Shown: positions 38,084-50,092 of the stretch, in pieces | Layout: every line of letters begins with the position of its first letter | How positions within the stretch are numbered: the stretch's first letter is position 1 | Source: Macrostomum hystrix | Taxonomy: Eukaryota; Animalia; Platyhelminthes | Direction: 5' to 3' | Assembly (NCBI GenBank): GCA_950097015.1 | Contig: CATNEN010000038.1 | Coordinates: forward strand, 23,312,001 to 23,376,000 | Length of the DNA stretch: 64,000 bases | Position numbers and translations under genes: made by a program | Notes under the pieces: model-generated | What the model was told of the DNA's origin: nothing | What the model saw: only the letters and a program-made list of their open reading frames with translations | The model's database searches: none

Positions 38084-39144
38084 TCAATTGCACTTCTTCG
38101 TTAGCGCATTGACCTTCGATTTTCCCTGTCGTTGATGCTCAGGCATCTGATAGAGAGCAGTCTGCCTCAGTAGCACTCTATGGTCCAACTCCCAGGTGCC
38201 TCGGCGTCTAATTATGTGTGTGACCAGAAAGGCTACGATAATGATAAACATCTGGCTGAATGCTTCCGGTAGGTAGTACTGGCGTAAAAATATGCGCATT
38301 GGGGCGAACAGTAGCTTAGAAACTGATGTACGATTGGCATCGTCAGGCAATAGGCAGGTGCTATTGACGTCGTTAAAATCGCAGCCAAGCTTGTTACCTA
38401 TCGAGTCGATTTCAGCTGGCTTTAACAGTCCGGCACTGATGCGTCTGTCAGCCAGGATACCAGCGTCAGTAACCATGCCAGAGAGTATCAGAGCAGTGAT
38501 CGCCTCTGGCAGCAGTGCGAGGTAGAATAGAACGGTGCCAATTGCGCGCATCAAACTCTTGGTTGTTTCATCCGACGGGCGTTGCGCGTTGGCGCCCTGA
38601 GAAAAGACATGTCGCAATGCGTAGGCATAGATCGCGTAGATTAGCGCCACCAACAGGGCTAGAGTCACCGACAGGTTGTACGACTGCAAAATATAATTAC
38701 GACTTTAGCTAAGATCATGCCCCTACTCAGAAGGCCCCTTAATATGTTATTTTATAATTAATACTTAATACAAAAGCTAACCAGAAATACGATGATACAA
38801 GCTGCTATAGGCCGGACTCTCTGCTGATCAGTCCCCGTAGTCGCTTCCAAAATTGGCGTCAGAGTCGCCAACAGGTTCCGCATTGTTCGCAGCAGCCAGG
38901 TGAGCTTGTAGGCCGCTAAGATTCTTAGACCAATGTAGGCCCACATCAACAGCGTGACGCACTTAAGCGCAATGCTGCCAGCGTTGAATCTATGCTCGAC
39001 ATCGGGTTCAGCTTCGGCTGCTCGAGCTAGAATTTCAGTCTGAAGCGGCTCCGAGAGGCGCTTCCTCAAATTATTGTCGTCCGCGACAACGTAAACGTGT
39101 TGCACTGGGGCACAGTCATCCTGACGCGGCCGGTGATCCGCCAT
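38084..39144 (-). CDS. Uncharacterised multi-pass (about 4 TM) membrane protein, two exons
   Basis: Exon 1 39144-38782 (donor GTTAGC), exon 2 38683-38084 (acceptor TTTTGCAG), phase 0. Several hydrophobic segments and a large Cys-containing loop (LGCDFNDVNSTCLLP) before the last helix. Confidence 0.7.
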
Positions 39145-39385
39145 TTGTTATCGCTGGCTATCAAAGTAATAATTTTCTAATTCCTACAAATAAAGCAAGC
39201 ATGCAACTTCGCTTAGATTATTATTTAATAATAATCTGATAAATTATTTTGCCTTTTTCAGCACTATTCTGACAGTAGTTTCGACCATAGACATAAATTT
39301 AAGTATTGGTACCATTTTATTTGACAGAATAGCTTTTTGAATCGAATTGTATTGTACAGAAGAAGACCTCAAGAATACGCTCGTA

Positions 39386-39716
39386 ATGCCGAATGCAAAA
39401 GTGAGTGACAACGATCGGCAGAGGCTCATCGACGCACACGCAAACGGAGACGATTTTGTGCATCTTGCTCGAGCAATGGGCATCAAGCGAACAACGGCGT
39501 ATACAATTGTGAAAAGCGGAAGGCCAGCTAAAATGCCAAAAGGAGGTCCCAAGCATGTGAGAGTGGATCAAGAGATGTTGGATTTTCTTGAAGAGTCGAT
39601 TTAAGTTAACCCCAGTGTTACTCTAGCCGAACTGAAGACTGGTCTTCATGCTCGCTTTCCTGAAAAACCCGAAGTAGCAATTTCTACAGTCAGTCGTCAT
39701 CTAGACGGAATGCTCC
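39386..39716 (+). pseudogene. Tc1/IS630-like transposase N-terminal HTH fragment
   Basis: MPNAKVSDNDRQRLIDAH...LARAMGIKRTTAYTIV...KGG; after an in-frame TAA (39602-39604) it continues NPSVTLAELK...AISTVSRHLDG. No DDE domain. Confidence 0.75.
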
Positions 39717-40882
39717 GTCTCCGTCAATGCTCCGTCAAAATGCAGAATGCCTGTTGCATTTTGAAGTATACTGTAAATGTACAGTACATGTAGTATGTAC
39801 TCCAATGGCTTGTCTAAATAGATTGAAATTTGTCGGAATTGATTGGAAATTTCGCAGTATGAGCCATAGATAGGAGGACAGAAAAAGCCAATTCATAGCC
39901 AACTGTCGGAACTGATTGCAAATTGTTTGAATTGATTGCAAAGTGTCGGTTTCTCGTGGTAGCTTGTTTGCTTTGTTTGAAAATTGTCGCTTTTGACAGC
40001 ACATTTGTCGGAATTGAATGCACGTCCGGCCAAGAACTACCATAAACTGTCTGAATTGAATGAAAAGATTTTGACTTTGAATGCACGATTGCCAAAATAG
40101 AATGGAAAAAGGTGTAGATTCTTGTCGAAGACCCTGGTGACAAGGCCAACTAACAATGCTCTTTATCTGCCTATGGCGATCCATATAGGGTAAATAAAAT
40201 AACAATTAACAAATGAACAAATACAATATAGTAAAATAATAGGCTGCATGGTTACGTATGATGAAATCTTGTGGGCAGAAAAATTCTACCCCATTTTTGG
40301 TTTTGGGGCCTTGTATTATTTAAACAAAGTGTATATAAAAATGAAGAGTATTTCAAGGAATTCACAGATAAAAAAGTCTGAGTTGAGAGGTTTGTTATGC
40401 AGAGTGCAATTAACAGTTAACAAGTGATGTATAGATGTTTAATCAGATCGAATTGGTTTCTTCACAAAAAATATTACGTGTATATAAATCCGCGGTATTG
40501 TAACACGATTTTAAAGCAATAAGTGTGTACGCTCGTGTACATCAAACACTTTTGTCGAAATTCAAATCAGCACCACGAGTCGTGTGTTTATTAATAAATA
40601 GGCCGGGCCAATAAAAATCGTCTATGGGTGGAACACCAGCGGCGATTAAATATTTTAACGCCAACAACCCCACTTGAAGTCGTTGTCTATGGCCTAGAAC
40701 GGCTGACGACTGCGTTTATTGGCCGAGGCTTCGCTTCGCGGCTGTCTTATACTAGAGCACTGAAAACCGACTCGTCTCATCACATATTACCACAGATACT
40801 AATACACAAATATTTAGTATCTGTGCATATTACAGCATCGCATATCGGTGGGCCTGATAGTTAACCCGAATGTTTATAATCT

Positions 40883-40990
40883 CTAAAGCAGATTTCCTAA
40901 GGTTGAAATGATTTCTTCAGCCTCCTTCATGAACCTATCTATGGGTTTCTTCTTTCCCGACTGCGTCTGAGAAGTCTTCTTCTCCCGTTG

Positions 40991-41037
<47 letters not shown>

Positions 41038-41437
41038 TCTCTCGTCCGTGCCTGCCAGCCTTGAGTTTCTCCAGCTCCTTGATTAACGCCTCGTTGCGCG
41101 AGTTGACCTCTCGCAGCTTCTCCAGGGCGGCAGTTTTCTCTCGCTCGCCGATGTCGACAGCCTTCATCAGCTGGCTAAGAGAATCGTCAGAGAGTGGAAC
41201 AGAAATGGAGCCGCTCGCGCTGGCCTGTTCTAGCTCGACGGATGAGAAGAAAATGCGCTCGGCTGATTCCGGCTGGGCAGCGTGGCGACACATCGGACAG
41301 GTGCCATTCGTACGCAGCCAGGTGATTACGCAGTTGTGAAAGGCGTGCTTGCAGTCGCGCAGCACAACGCAGTCGGTGTTGCTGTCAAACGACTCGCTGC
41401 AGATTGTACAGATGAGGGCGCCGCCGCTTGCTTCCAT
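40883..41437 (-). CDS. TRAIP-like RING-H2 + coiled-coil + polyQ protein (variant RING spacing)
   Basis: CTICSESF...CKHAFHNCVITWL...CPMCR...RIFF, followed by a coiled coil and a polyQ tract (about 15 Q). Confidence 0.8.
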
Positions 41438-42108
41438 GCTGATGGACGATGGTTTGAAAACTTTTTGGCCGTTAAAAATAGACTAAAGCTTTTATTGGGG
41501 TGATGCTTTAAGCAAAAACTCTTGCCAGCTTTTTGGTACCTTATTTACCTACCTCAGAACGTTCGTTGATAAGTGGCTGTGGCTCGTGAGCAGATTCAAC
41601 TAGCTTAGAAAAAATGCCAAGCTTAGTGTACTCTCGTCGCTTTTTTTGTTCTTTCGCGCTGTCTCTCGTTCATGTACTCTTTGTCCTAAGCTTATTTGGA
41701 GTTGAAATTAGAATGACGCACAGGACTGTGCTGTGGTAAGTACTTTAAGTACTTTGTAAGTACTTTTTGATGATTGTATTCTTTAAAAAAACTTTATAAA
41801 ATCCGGTACGAATATCAGTCGTATTTAAAACAGAGTAATCGTTTGCTAACAAGAACTATCGATCAACATGTCTAATTAACTTGAGAGTATCAAAGACTAT
41901 ATTGAAATATTAGGTAAACAAACAAAACTAGAATATCAGAGGCATAAAAAATTACTTGTATTCGTTTGCTACCTAACTTTTTGGAAATCCAAAAGTTGAT
42001 AGTAAGTGTAAAAAGCATAATCATTATGATGAAACACGTCCTGGGATGGCTCAGTGCGAGCGCTGAAAAGCCCACAGTGCTGTTCCCAAAGAGGAAGAAG
42101 ATCGGGCC

Positions 42109-43001
42109 TTACGGGAAGCGGCTGCTGTGGCCAAGCTGCTGCAGCTGCAGCTCCAGTTGGTGAACAAGCTGCTGCTGCAGCTCCTGTTGGTGAACAAGCT
42201 GCTGCAGCTGCAGCTCCTGTTGGTGAACAAGCTGCTGCAGCTGCAACTTCTGCTTTTGCAATTCTTCCTTATCGGAAGCGGCTGCTGTGGCCTGCTGCTG
42301 CTGCTGCCGCAGCTCCAGTTCGTGAAAAAGCTGCTGCAGCCGCAACTTATGTTTTTGCAATTCTTCCTTACGGGAAGCGGCTGCTGTGGCCTGCTGCTGC
42401 AGCTCCAGCTCCAGTTGGTGAAAAAGCTGCTGCTGCAGCTCCAGTTGGTAAAAAAGCTGCTGCAGCTGCAACTTCTGCTTTTGCAATTCTTGAATTTCCT
42501 GTTGTATCACCTATTTGGATTGAGAATTTTATTAGAATTTTTAAGTTCAAAACGTCGCTTAGCCATATCTAAGTAAAATCGAAGGCAATTATTTATTATT
42601 AGATAGACAATCCGGGAGAAATTTCTAAATACCGAAAGAAAGCTACTAAAGGTATTACCAGAAACACAAATACCATCTACAGTTATCTTTCTAAAAGCTT
42701 GAAATTAGAATATCATGTTTTCAACCTCAAGCACGGGTCTCGGTATCTCCTGTCGCCTGAGCAGCCTCCTCTGGGTTGGCTGCTTAGAAATCTCAGCAGA
42801 CTTAAAGTTTATCTTCACAAAACAGTCTCGGGACGCATTGCAGCGACAATTTGGACAAGTTTCGCTGCTTCGGAGCCACTCGGTGATGCAGGCCCGATGG
42901 AAAGCGTGCTTGCAGGGTCGCAGAGCAACACAACCACTGGTGCCAAGGCAGTCATGACACACTGTGCACACGGAGGAGCTGCTATATTGGATAGCCATCA
43001 T
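42109..43001 (-). CDS. TRAIP-like RING-H2 protein with Q/L-rich repetitive coiled-coil exon
   Basis: RING exon 43001-42726 (CTVC...CKHAFHRACITEWL...CPNCR, donor GAG|GTTGAA) spliced in phase 0 to 42510-42109 (acceptor CCAAATAG, VIQQEIQELQKQKLQ...). The splice is inferred. Confidence 0.65.
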
Positions 43002-43056
43002 TGTGTTTCTTTTGCACAGAAGTGTATAAATAAATAAAAATATTTTGGTCTCTGTG

Positions 43057-43320
43057 TCAAGCGAAATATGAAGTATTTATATGCTTCACAATAACCGACC
43101 CCTGAGAATTGTAAACGGTCAAGCCACGGAAATATTTTTTCTTGCTGTCGTACACAAATATCCTGAATTTGAAAACCATCTCTTCACCTTGTGTGTAGAT
43201 TTTCTGGCATATCGGGTGAACATTTCGAGACTCTAACCACGCCATAAAAGTCTGAAATGAGATAACTAAATCCGAGATAGAAAGATAATATTTGAAGTCT
43301 GTAAGATTCAGACAGCACAA
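43057..43320 (-). pseudogene. Possible decayed RING-gene relic
   Basis: AT-rich ORF retaining ...AWLESRNVHPICQK, resembling the WL..CP.C of neighbouring RINGs. Most Zn ligands are absent. Confidence 0.25.
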
Positions 43321-43519
43321 AAAACTACTTTGGTATTATTTGAATAACGACTATTTTTAAGCCATAATACTCGACTCGATTGCCTCGAAATGTCCAAAGG
43401 TATAGACATAGCAAGGAGTTATAGCTGGGGTCGCAAACTACAGATTTCGACTGCGGCCCTCCAAGATCCCAAATCTGGCTGCCCATTACCCCTTCCGACA
43501 CCCTCAGTATCCTGTTTCA

Positions 43520-45112
43520 TCTTTCCTCTGTCTCATCTCTCCTCGGTCTCGTCTCTTCCGTGTCTCATCTCTTCTGTGTCTTATCTCTTTCGTGTCTCAT
43601 CTCTTCCGTGTCTCATCTCTCCTCGTTCTCGTCTCTTCCGTGTCTCATCTCTCCCGTGTCTCATCTCTTCCGTGTCTCATCTCTCTCGTGTCTCATCTCT
43701 CCCGTGTCTCATCTCTTCCGTGTCTCATCTCTCCCATGTCTCATCTCTCCCGTGTCTCATCTCTCCCGTGTCTCATCTCTTCCGTGTCTCATCTCTCCCG
43801 TGTCTCATCTCTTCCATGTCTCATCTCTTCCGTGTCTCATCTCTCCCGTGTCTCATCTCTCCCGTGTCTCATCTCTTCCGTGTCTCATCTCTTCTGTGTC
43901 TTATCTCTTTCGTGTCTCATCTCTTCCGTGTCTCATCTCTCCTCGTTCTCGTCTCTTCCGTGTCTCATCTCTCCCGTGTCTCATCTCTTTCGTGTCTCAT
44001 CTCTCTCGTGTCTCATCTCTTCCGTGTCTCATCTCTTCCATGTCTCATCTCTTCCGTGTCTCATCTCTCCCGTGTCTCATCTCTTCCATGTCTCATCTCT
44101 CCCGTGTCTCATCTCTCCCGTGTCTCATCTCTTCCATGTCTCATCTCTTCCGTGTCTCATCTCTCCCGTGTCTCATCTCTCCCGTGTCTCATCTCTTCCG
44201 TGTCTCATCTCTCCCGTGTCTCATCTCTTCCATGTCTCATCTCTCCCGTGTCTCATCTCTCCCGTGTCTCATCTCTCCCGTGTCTCATCTCTTCCGTGTC
44301 TCATCTCTTCCATGTCTCATCTTTCCCGTGTCTCATCTCTTCACTGTCTTATCTCTCCCATGTCTCACCTCTTCCGTGTCTCATCTCTCCCGTGTCTCAT
44401 CTCTTCCGTGTCTCATCTCTCGTGTCTCATCTCTTCCGTGTCTCATCTCTTCCATGTCTCATCTCTTCCGTGTCTCATCTCTCCCGTGTCTCATCTCTCC
44501 CGTGTCTCATCTCTTCCGTGTCTCATCTCTTCCATGTCTCATCTTTCCCGTGTCTCATCTCTTCACTGTCTTATCTCTCCCATGTCTCATCTCTCCCGTG
44601 TCTCATCTCTCCCATGTCTTATCTCTCCCATGTCTCATCTCTCCCGTGTCTCATCTCTGCCGTGTCTCATCTCTCCCGTGTCTCATCTCTCCCGTGTCTC
44701 ATCTCTTCCGTGTCTCATCTCTTCCATGTCTCATCTCTCCCGTGTCTCATCTCTTCCATGTCTCATCTCTCCCGTGTCTCATCTCTTCACTGTCTCATCT
44801 CTTCCGTGTCTCATCTCTTCCATGTCTCATCTCTCCCGTGTCTCATCTCTTCCATGTCTCATCTTTCCCGTGTCTCATCTCTTCACTGTCTCATCTCTCC
44901 CGTGTCTCATCTCTGCCGTGTCTCATCTCTCCCGTGTCTCATCTCTCCCGTGTCTCATCTCTTCCGTGTCTCATCTCTTCCATGTCTCATCTCTCCCGTG
45001 TCTCATCTCTTCCATGTCTCATCTTTCCCGTGTCTCATCTCTTCACTGTCTTATCTCTCCCATGTCTCATCTCTCCCATGTCTCATCTCTCCCGTGTCTC
45101 ATCTCTGCCGTG
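43520..45112. repeat. 16-bp pyrimidine-rich minisatellite (about 100 copies)
   Basis: Unit GTGTCTCATCTCT(T/C)CC. The long ORFs in all three + frames are repeat artefacts. Confidence 0.96.
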
Positions 45113-45439
45113 CATTTTTACTCTATCCGATGAAACAACTTCAAGAATCACAGAACATCGGCATCGTCGAGATATTTATTGATTTTCGTCGGGTGTCAGT
45201 TGGGGAAAAAATCACCAATTCAGACATAATTTTTCTGCTCATAAAATTTCATCATGTAACTTTAGCTATTATTGTTGATCATATTGTACTGTTAAGAGAA
45301 TACTGATAAAATAATATTTATAAGCCAATATTGCTTCGCTATAATGGTTTAATACCGAGCAATGTTTGTCGTCCTTGTCAACGGGGTCTTCGACAGGAAT
45401 CGCTGAATATCTTGACTATGCGTTTCATAACAACGTGCA

Positions 45440-45690
45440 ATTCGTGCAATTTACGCCCTTGAGGGCAAACCTACAAGGCACAGTGAAATGTACACTACCT
45501 GACGATGAGAAAGTCAGGGCAGATGTACACACCTGTGTGAGCGTGTGCCTGCGTACAGTATCTGTGTGCGTGTGTGCTCAGGAGTCAGCGAAATGGTCAG
45601 AATTGCATCCTCGATGGCTGCAGGTCTAGTGTCACCGAATGATGCGCCGTTGCCTGCAGCCCTCCTGCAATAATAATGATAATTATTTTT
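45440..45690 (+). mobile_element. SINE family A, 5'-truncated
   Basis: Starts at TCGTGCAATTTACGCCC and ends in a TAA/TTA tail. Confidence 0.85.
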
Positions 45691-46023
45691 TAAATTTATT
45701 TTAAGTGATAAATTAAGCGACACACATTGGAACGCATCACAACGTTTACAATAGAGTCTTGTCTGATATCGCTACTCATAGTAGCATAAATGGTGTGTAA
45801 TAACTTATCCATATCCGTCTATTTGTGAATCAGTATTGAAGAATTTTATTTTTTTTGCATCAATTATTGATCGTATTAGCTATTGGCCGATCATTGTGCT
45901 CGAAAATGGAATAAAAACTGATAGAAATCTAATTTACTGTGCAATGGAGCCAATCGTTTATAAAATCACTTTCACATACGGTTAAGCAGAATTTCTTCAG
46001 GCAGGTTTCATCAACGAACTTCA

Positions 46024-46959
46024 TTAAGGGCAGGGCAGGGCTGGCAGCGAGGTGAATGGTGCCACATCATCATTGTCGCTAACTGTGTCGCCCTTGAGGC
46101 GGGGCAATAGTCTACCATTTGACTGGTAGACAAGCAGACTACTGGTGGCAGCTTGACAATTGTGCAGGCGTTTGGACAGTTGAAGGCTCTCGGCCTCCAT
46201 AGTCAGCAGCTGATCTCTCAACTCGATTATGGTCCAATTCTCAGCCTCCAGTTTCTCCATTAAACGCATGACTTCCTGTTGACTCTCTTGTAATTTGTCA
46301 AGCAGATTGGCATTTTCAGCTTTTAGGTTTGATGCCTGCTCTCTGAGCTGTCTCGACCTATCAGCCTCCAATTCGCGTAGCCTCTCATCCAGCATCTTGC
46401 GCTCCAACCGTTCCTCATCCAGTTGACGGCGCAACTGACGAGCCTCCTCCGTCAGGTCCTCATGCTCCTGAGCCATGAGCTGCATCAGCTGGCAGTTCTC
46501 GGCCTCCTGGTCTGCCAACGACTCCTGACAGTTTCTGAGTTTTGCAGTGAATTCATCTAACTGCCGCTGCTTCTGGCTGATGTCCTTCTTAAGCTGTATG
46601 CCCCGATGCTTGCTGCGTCTGATCTGGCTCTTGGCAAGCTCCTGCTCTTTGGTTAAAGCGGCTAGTTTGGCCCGAAGTTCAGCTAGGCCTGGCACCTCTT
46701 CTCCGTTGCCAATTGAGCCGCCGCTGCTCGATTCCGGATCGCCGAAGCTCAGAAATATCTTGATCTGATCTCTATGCTCATTGCGTAGTTTTTTTCTGCA
46801 CTGCGGACAGCTCAAACTCTGCTTGAGCCACTCGGCTGAGCAGTGGCTGTGAAACACGTGGCCGCAGATGAGTGCAACTGTATCCGAGGCTTCGTCGAAG
46901 TTGTTGGTGCAAATCGCACAAGACGCTGCCGATTCGGTACGAGCGATGCTCTCGGCCAT
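46024..46959 (-). CDS. TRAIP-like RING-H2 E3 ligase with long coiled coil (311 aa)
   Basis: CAICTNNFDEASDTVALICGHVFHSHCSAEWL...CPQCR...IKIFLSF followed by about 200 aa of heptad-rich coil. Upstream acceptor TTCCCCAG at 46986. Confidence 0.85.
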   Translation of the reverse strand: MAESIARTESAASCAICTNNFDEASDTVALICGHVFHSHCSAEWLKQSLSCPQCRKKLRNEHRDQIKIFLSFGDPESSSGGSIGNGEEVPGLAELRAKLAALTKEQELAKSQIRRSKHRGIQLKKDISQKQRQLDEFTAKLRNCQESLADQEAENCQLMQLMAQEHEDLTEEARQLRRQLDEERLERKMLDERLRELEADRSRQLREQASNLKAENANLLDKLQESQQEVMRLMEKLEAENWTIIELRDQLLTMEAESLQLSKRLHNCQAATSSLLVYQSNGRLLPRLKGDTVSDNDDVAPFTSLPALPCP

Positions 46960-47499
46960 AACTTTGCGTTGATTCCTTTAGCAACCTGGGGAATCGAGAA
47001 GGATTATACTCAGATTAGAGCACTAGGAAGTTTTGAAAAAATAAGTTCTAAAAATAAGTCGTCTGTTGTGATTTTAACCATAGACTTTATTTTTTCCGCG
47101 CAAGTAATCCCAATGTGTTACCCACCGATACTATATTTACTAATAAATATATTAATATATCAAATAACTCTGGAACACTCTCTAAGCCACACCAATTGAC
47201 TAACAGTTTCACTGTTCAATAATGCTTGTTTCTACTATAGAAGCGTACAGCTTCAAAGCGTAATGCTTGATTGATGTTCTAGATATCAGGACACGGCAGT
47301 GTCTATGGCAAAAACCTCTTATCCTACGTGGGCTCCATGACAGTGTATTGTCTCCATGGATGAATAATACAAACTGGATCGCATTAAAACTCCATTTTTT
47401 GTCGCAGCCATCGACAAGCACCGGCATCACATTCACAAGAAGCTCAGAACGTCGTACTTTATTACTTAATCTAACTGGTCCTACAATTTGTGTCCTTTC

Positions 47500-47670
47500 G
47501 ACAAGAAGCTTATCTTTGCATTGCTTCAGTTCACCCAGCTGTTAAATGGGTACCAGCATTAGCTGGGGTAATTGAGGGTGGATGTGGCGCGTCCGTCAGT
47601 CCATGGACTAAACAGTCGTTCGCAGCCTTTAGATCCGCAGCGCAATAGGTGCAATCAATTATTATTTTTT
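47500..47670 (+). mobile_element. SINE family B central and 3' part
   Basis: TTGCTTCAGTTCACCCAGCTGTTAAATGGGTACCAGCATTAGCTGGGG...CAGTCCATGGACT...TTATTATT. Confidence 0.75.
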
Positions 47671-49177
47671 AAAATATATTTTTATAAATGGCTATAGCGG
47701 CTTCCCAGTCCACGGACTGCAAACTTGTACACAAACAGTCTTTGGAAGGCAAGTGCTGTGGCACTGCATGGCTGTATTACTTTTCTGTCAAAATGTAGTC
47801 AAAATGTACTAGATGTACTAGACTTACCCAAAAAATCCGGAGCTATTCTAGCGTGTCGCGACGAAAGGAAATGACTTCTGGTTTATTGGTTTTTATCAAA
47901 GATAAAATCTAAACTTAAGGCACTGAGATTTGAATATAGTTTTCGTTTTCGCCAATGTAATGACTTAAATGCTTTCGCACTTTTACGTACTTAAAGCGCA
48001 TTGTACAATTGTACACTGTACAATTTTCTCTCCTCTCGTGTGTAGTTCAGTATTGTACAGTACATTGGATGGAAGACGAAAGCGAGAAAACCAAAATAGC
48101 TCTGACAATCGTGGACTGTACATTTATAAACTCATTTTCATTCCAGGCAAACGTAAAAGATTTGATATTGTAGTCTATAGAACGAATGGACAGTAAAAAA
48201 GTGAATATTACTTTGCTACACGGTCATTTACGTGCATATATCGTTTGTGAGGGTTTGTAGTGAGCTTAGAATAATTAATGTTTCTTAGTGAGTCCTTTTT
48301 CTGGTGTTTTGTTATTTCTCATGCGCTTTTTGCTTGGCACGATATTGATTCAGCATTCAGTCAGTTCAGGGGGGGTTAATAACATAATTGCGAAAAGGAA
48401 AATACGAAAATAAGAGAGTCAAGCAATTATTAAGATATAATTGAAATTAGACGAAAATTAACCTTAGAGAACTATAGAATAGAACAGAATAGAAAATAGT
48501 TTAATGTAGAAAAATACGACACGCGTCACGATCAGACAGTCTTTCAGTTTCTTGCACATTTTGGTGTTCCGCAGCAGCTGTTTTTCTTGAAGTTTCAACA
48601 ACCTGGTCTTGTTTCTTGCAGCCAGTAGGGCCACAGGCTCAAAAACCTCGTGATTGGTTATCCAAACAGGAGGTTCGCAGTTCGATTAGCTATAGTGCCA
48701 ACGCACCGCCAACCGGACGAGATGCCGCTGCCAGGTAATCCCCCGGCCGGGTGGCACGGCCGCAGCTGGAGTATTTCTTCAACACCAGCCCAGTGACCAG
48801 CAGAGACGTTGTGAAGTTCGCTCGCAAGGCGCCAGGTCCAGCACTTTTCTTCTTTTTCTTCTGTCCAGCAAGCTACCAAATACAAATCACGCAAATTCAA
48901 CCATTGGTCATCAAGATCTATATCACAATAAATTTTTCATGTTTAACATCTCAAACTTATCAACCAATTTCCATGCACCCCATCTTGTCAACCTTTATCT
49001 TAACTCTCTTGTCTAAGTGTCAAAACTGCCAATACGTCATAGATATAGTTTTTTAATCACATAAATAACTTATTTAACAAATTATATTTTTATTTTCAGA
49101 TATTTATTTAGCGAAAGTTTCTTTAAAATTTCGTTAAAATATTTTTTATACAGTTTGGTTCTATAATAAAATCTATA

Positions 49178-50092
49178 GTAATTGCAGGAGGACTGCGGGG
49201 AATGGCACATCAATTCGTGCCACTAGATCTGCAGTCAGACCTTGATACTGCAGAATCCGCTGACTCCTGAGCACGCACGCACACTGATAATGTACACATG
49301 CTGCCACCGTGACTAACTTCACTAACGATCAACTAACTTCATGTGGTCTGCTGTGTTTATATACTACGGTAAAGCGTATGCTTTTTGTTTACATGCATAA
49401 GAAACAGAGTCTTAACTACGATGAAGGTTGCTAAGGCTAAAGATGCATGCACTTGTACTCCAGTGTGTCTTTCTTCCGTGTATATATTGAGTGTATTTCA
49501 ATGCACATCAATTGCTAGTTTTAGTTTTATGTACTTTATTAATTAATACAATGCAGTACGTACGCACGTTCATACAGTACATCCACACACTACAATGCAT
49601 GCAACTGGCTGGATTGATAAATGAAGTCGCTGACGACTTTGGATTTTACTACAAGCGTATGAGTTAGAAGAAAATCAAAATGTAGACTAACGAGTTCGCA
49701 ATCACAGAAAAACAAACCGAGTTGAAGCAGGCATTAAAATTTCTGACACTAATTTTACAAGTAGCCGGTTGCGAAACATTCATATTTTAGAAATTACCGA
49801 AATATTTCGATTTCGGAAAAGTGTGAATTTCGATTCCGATTTCTAGTGAAAATCTGCTTTCAGATCCATCTGACGCACGCAAAATACTCACAGAGGTGTG
49901 TACATCTGCCCTTACTTTCTAATCGTCATGTAGTGCACACTTTCACTGGGCCTTGGAGGTTTGCCCTCAATGGCCTAAATTATACGACAAGCCCCAAGCT
50001 AGCTTTCTCTCCTCGGCTGCGACACAAATTAATTCACCTTCACCTTGGTGCGATAGGCAAGCACATTAAATCTGCTCTGCCACTCATCCCCC
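49178..50092 (-). mobile_element. SINE family A split in two (49178-49300 3' half; 49873-50092 5' half) by an about 570-bp insertion
   Basis: The two halves are collinear and join at the ACGCACGCA motif. Confidence 0.65.

Noticed and set aside
39735-40205. 156-aa and 111-aa minus-strand ORFs
   Set aside because: Built from degenerate GAATTGAATG/GAATTGATTG subrepeats, probably TE subterminal DNA; no domain.
43390-45306. 638, 540 and 513-aa ORFs
   Set aside because: A stop-free 16-bp minisatellite open in all three frames.
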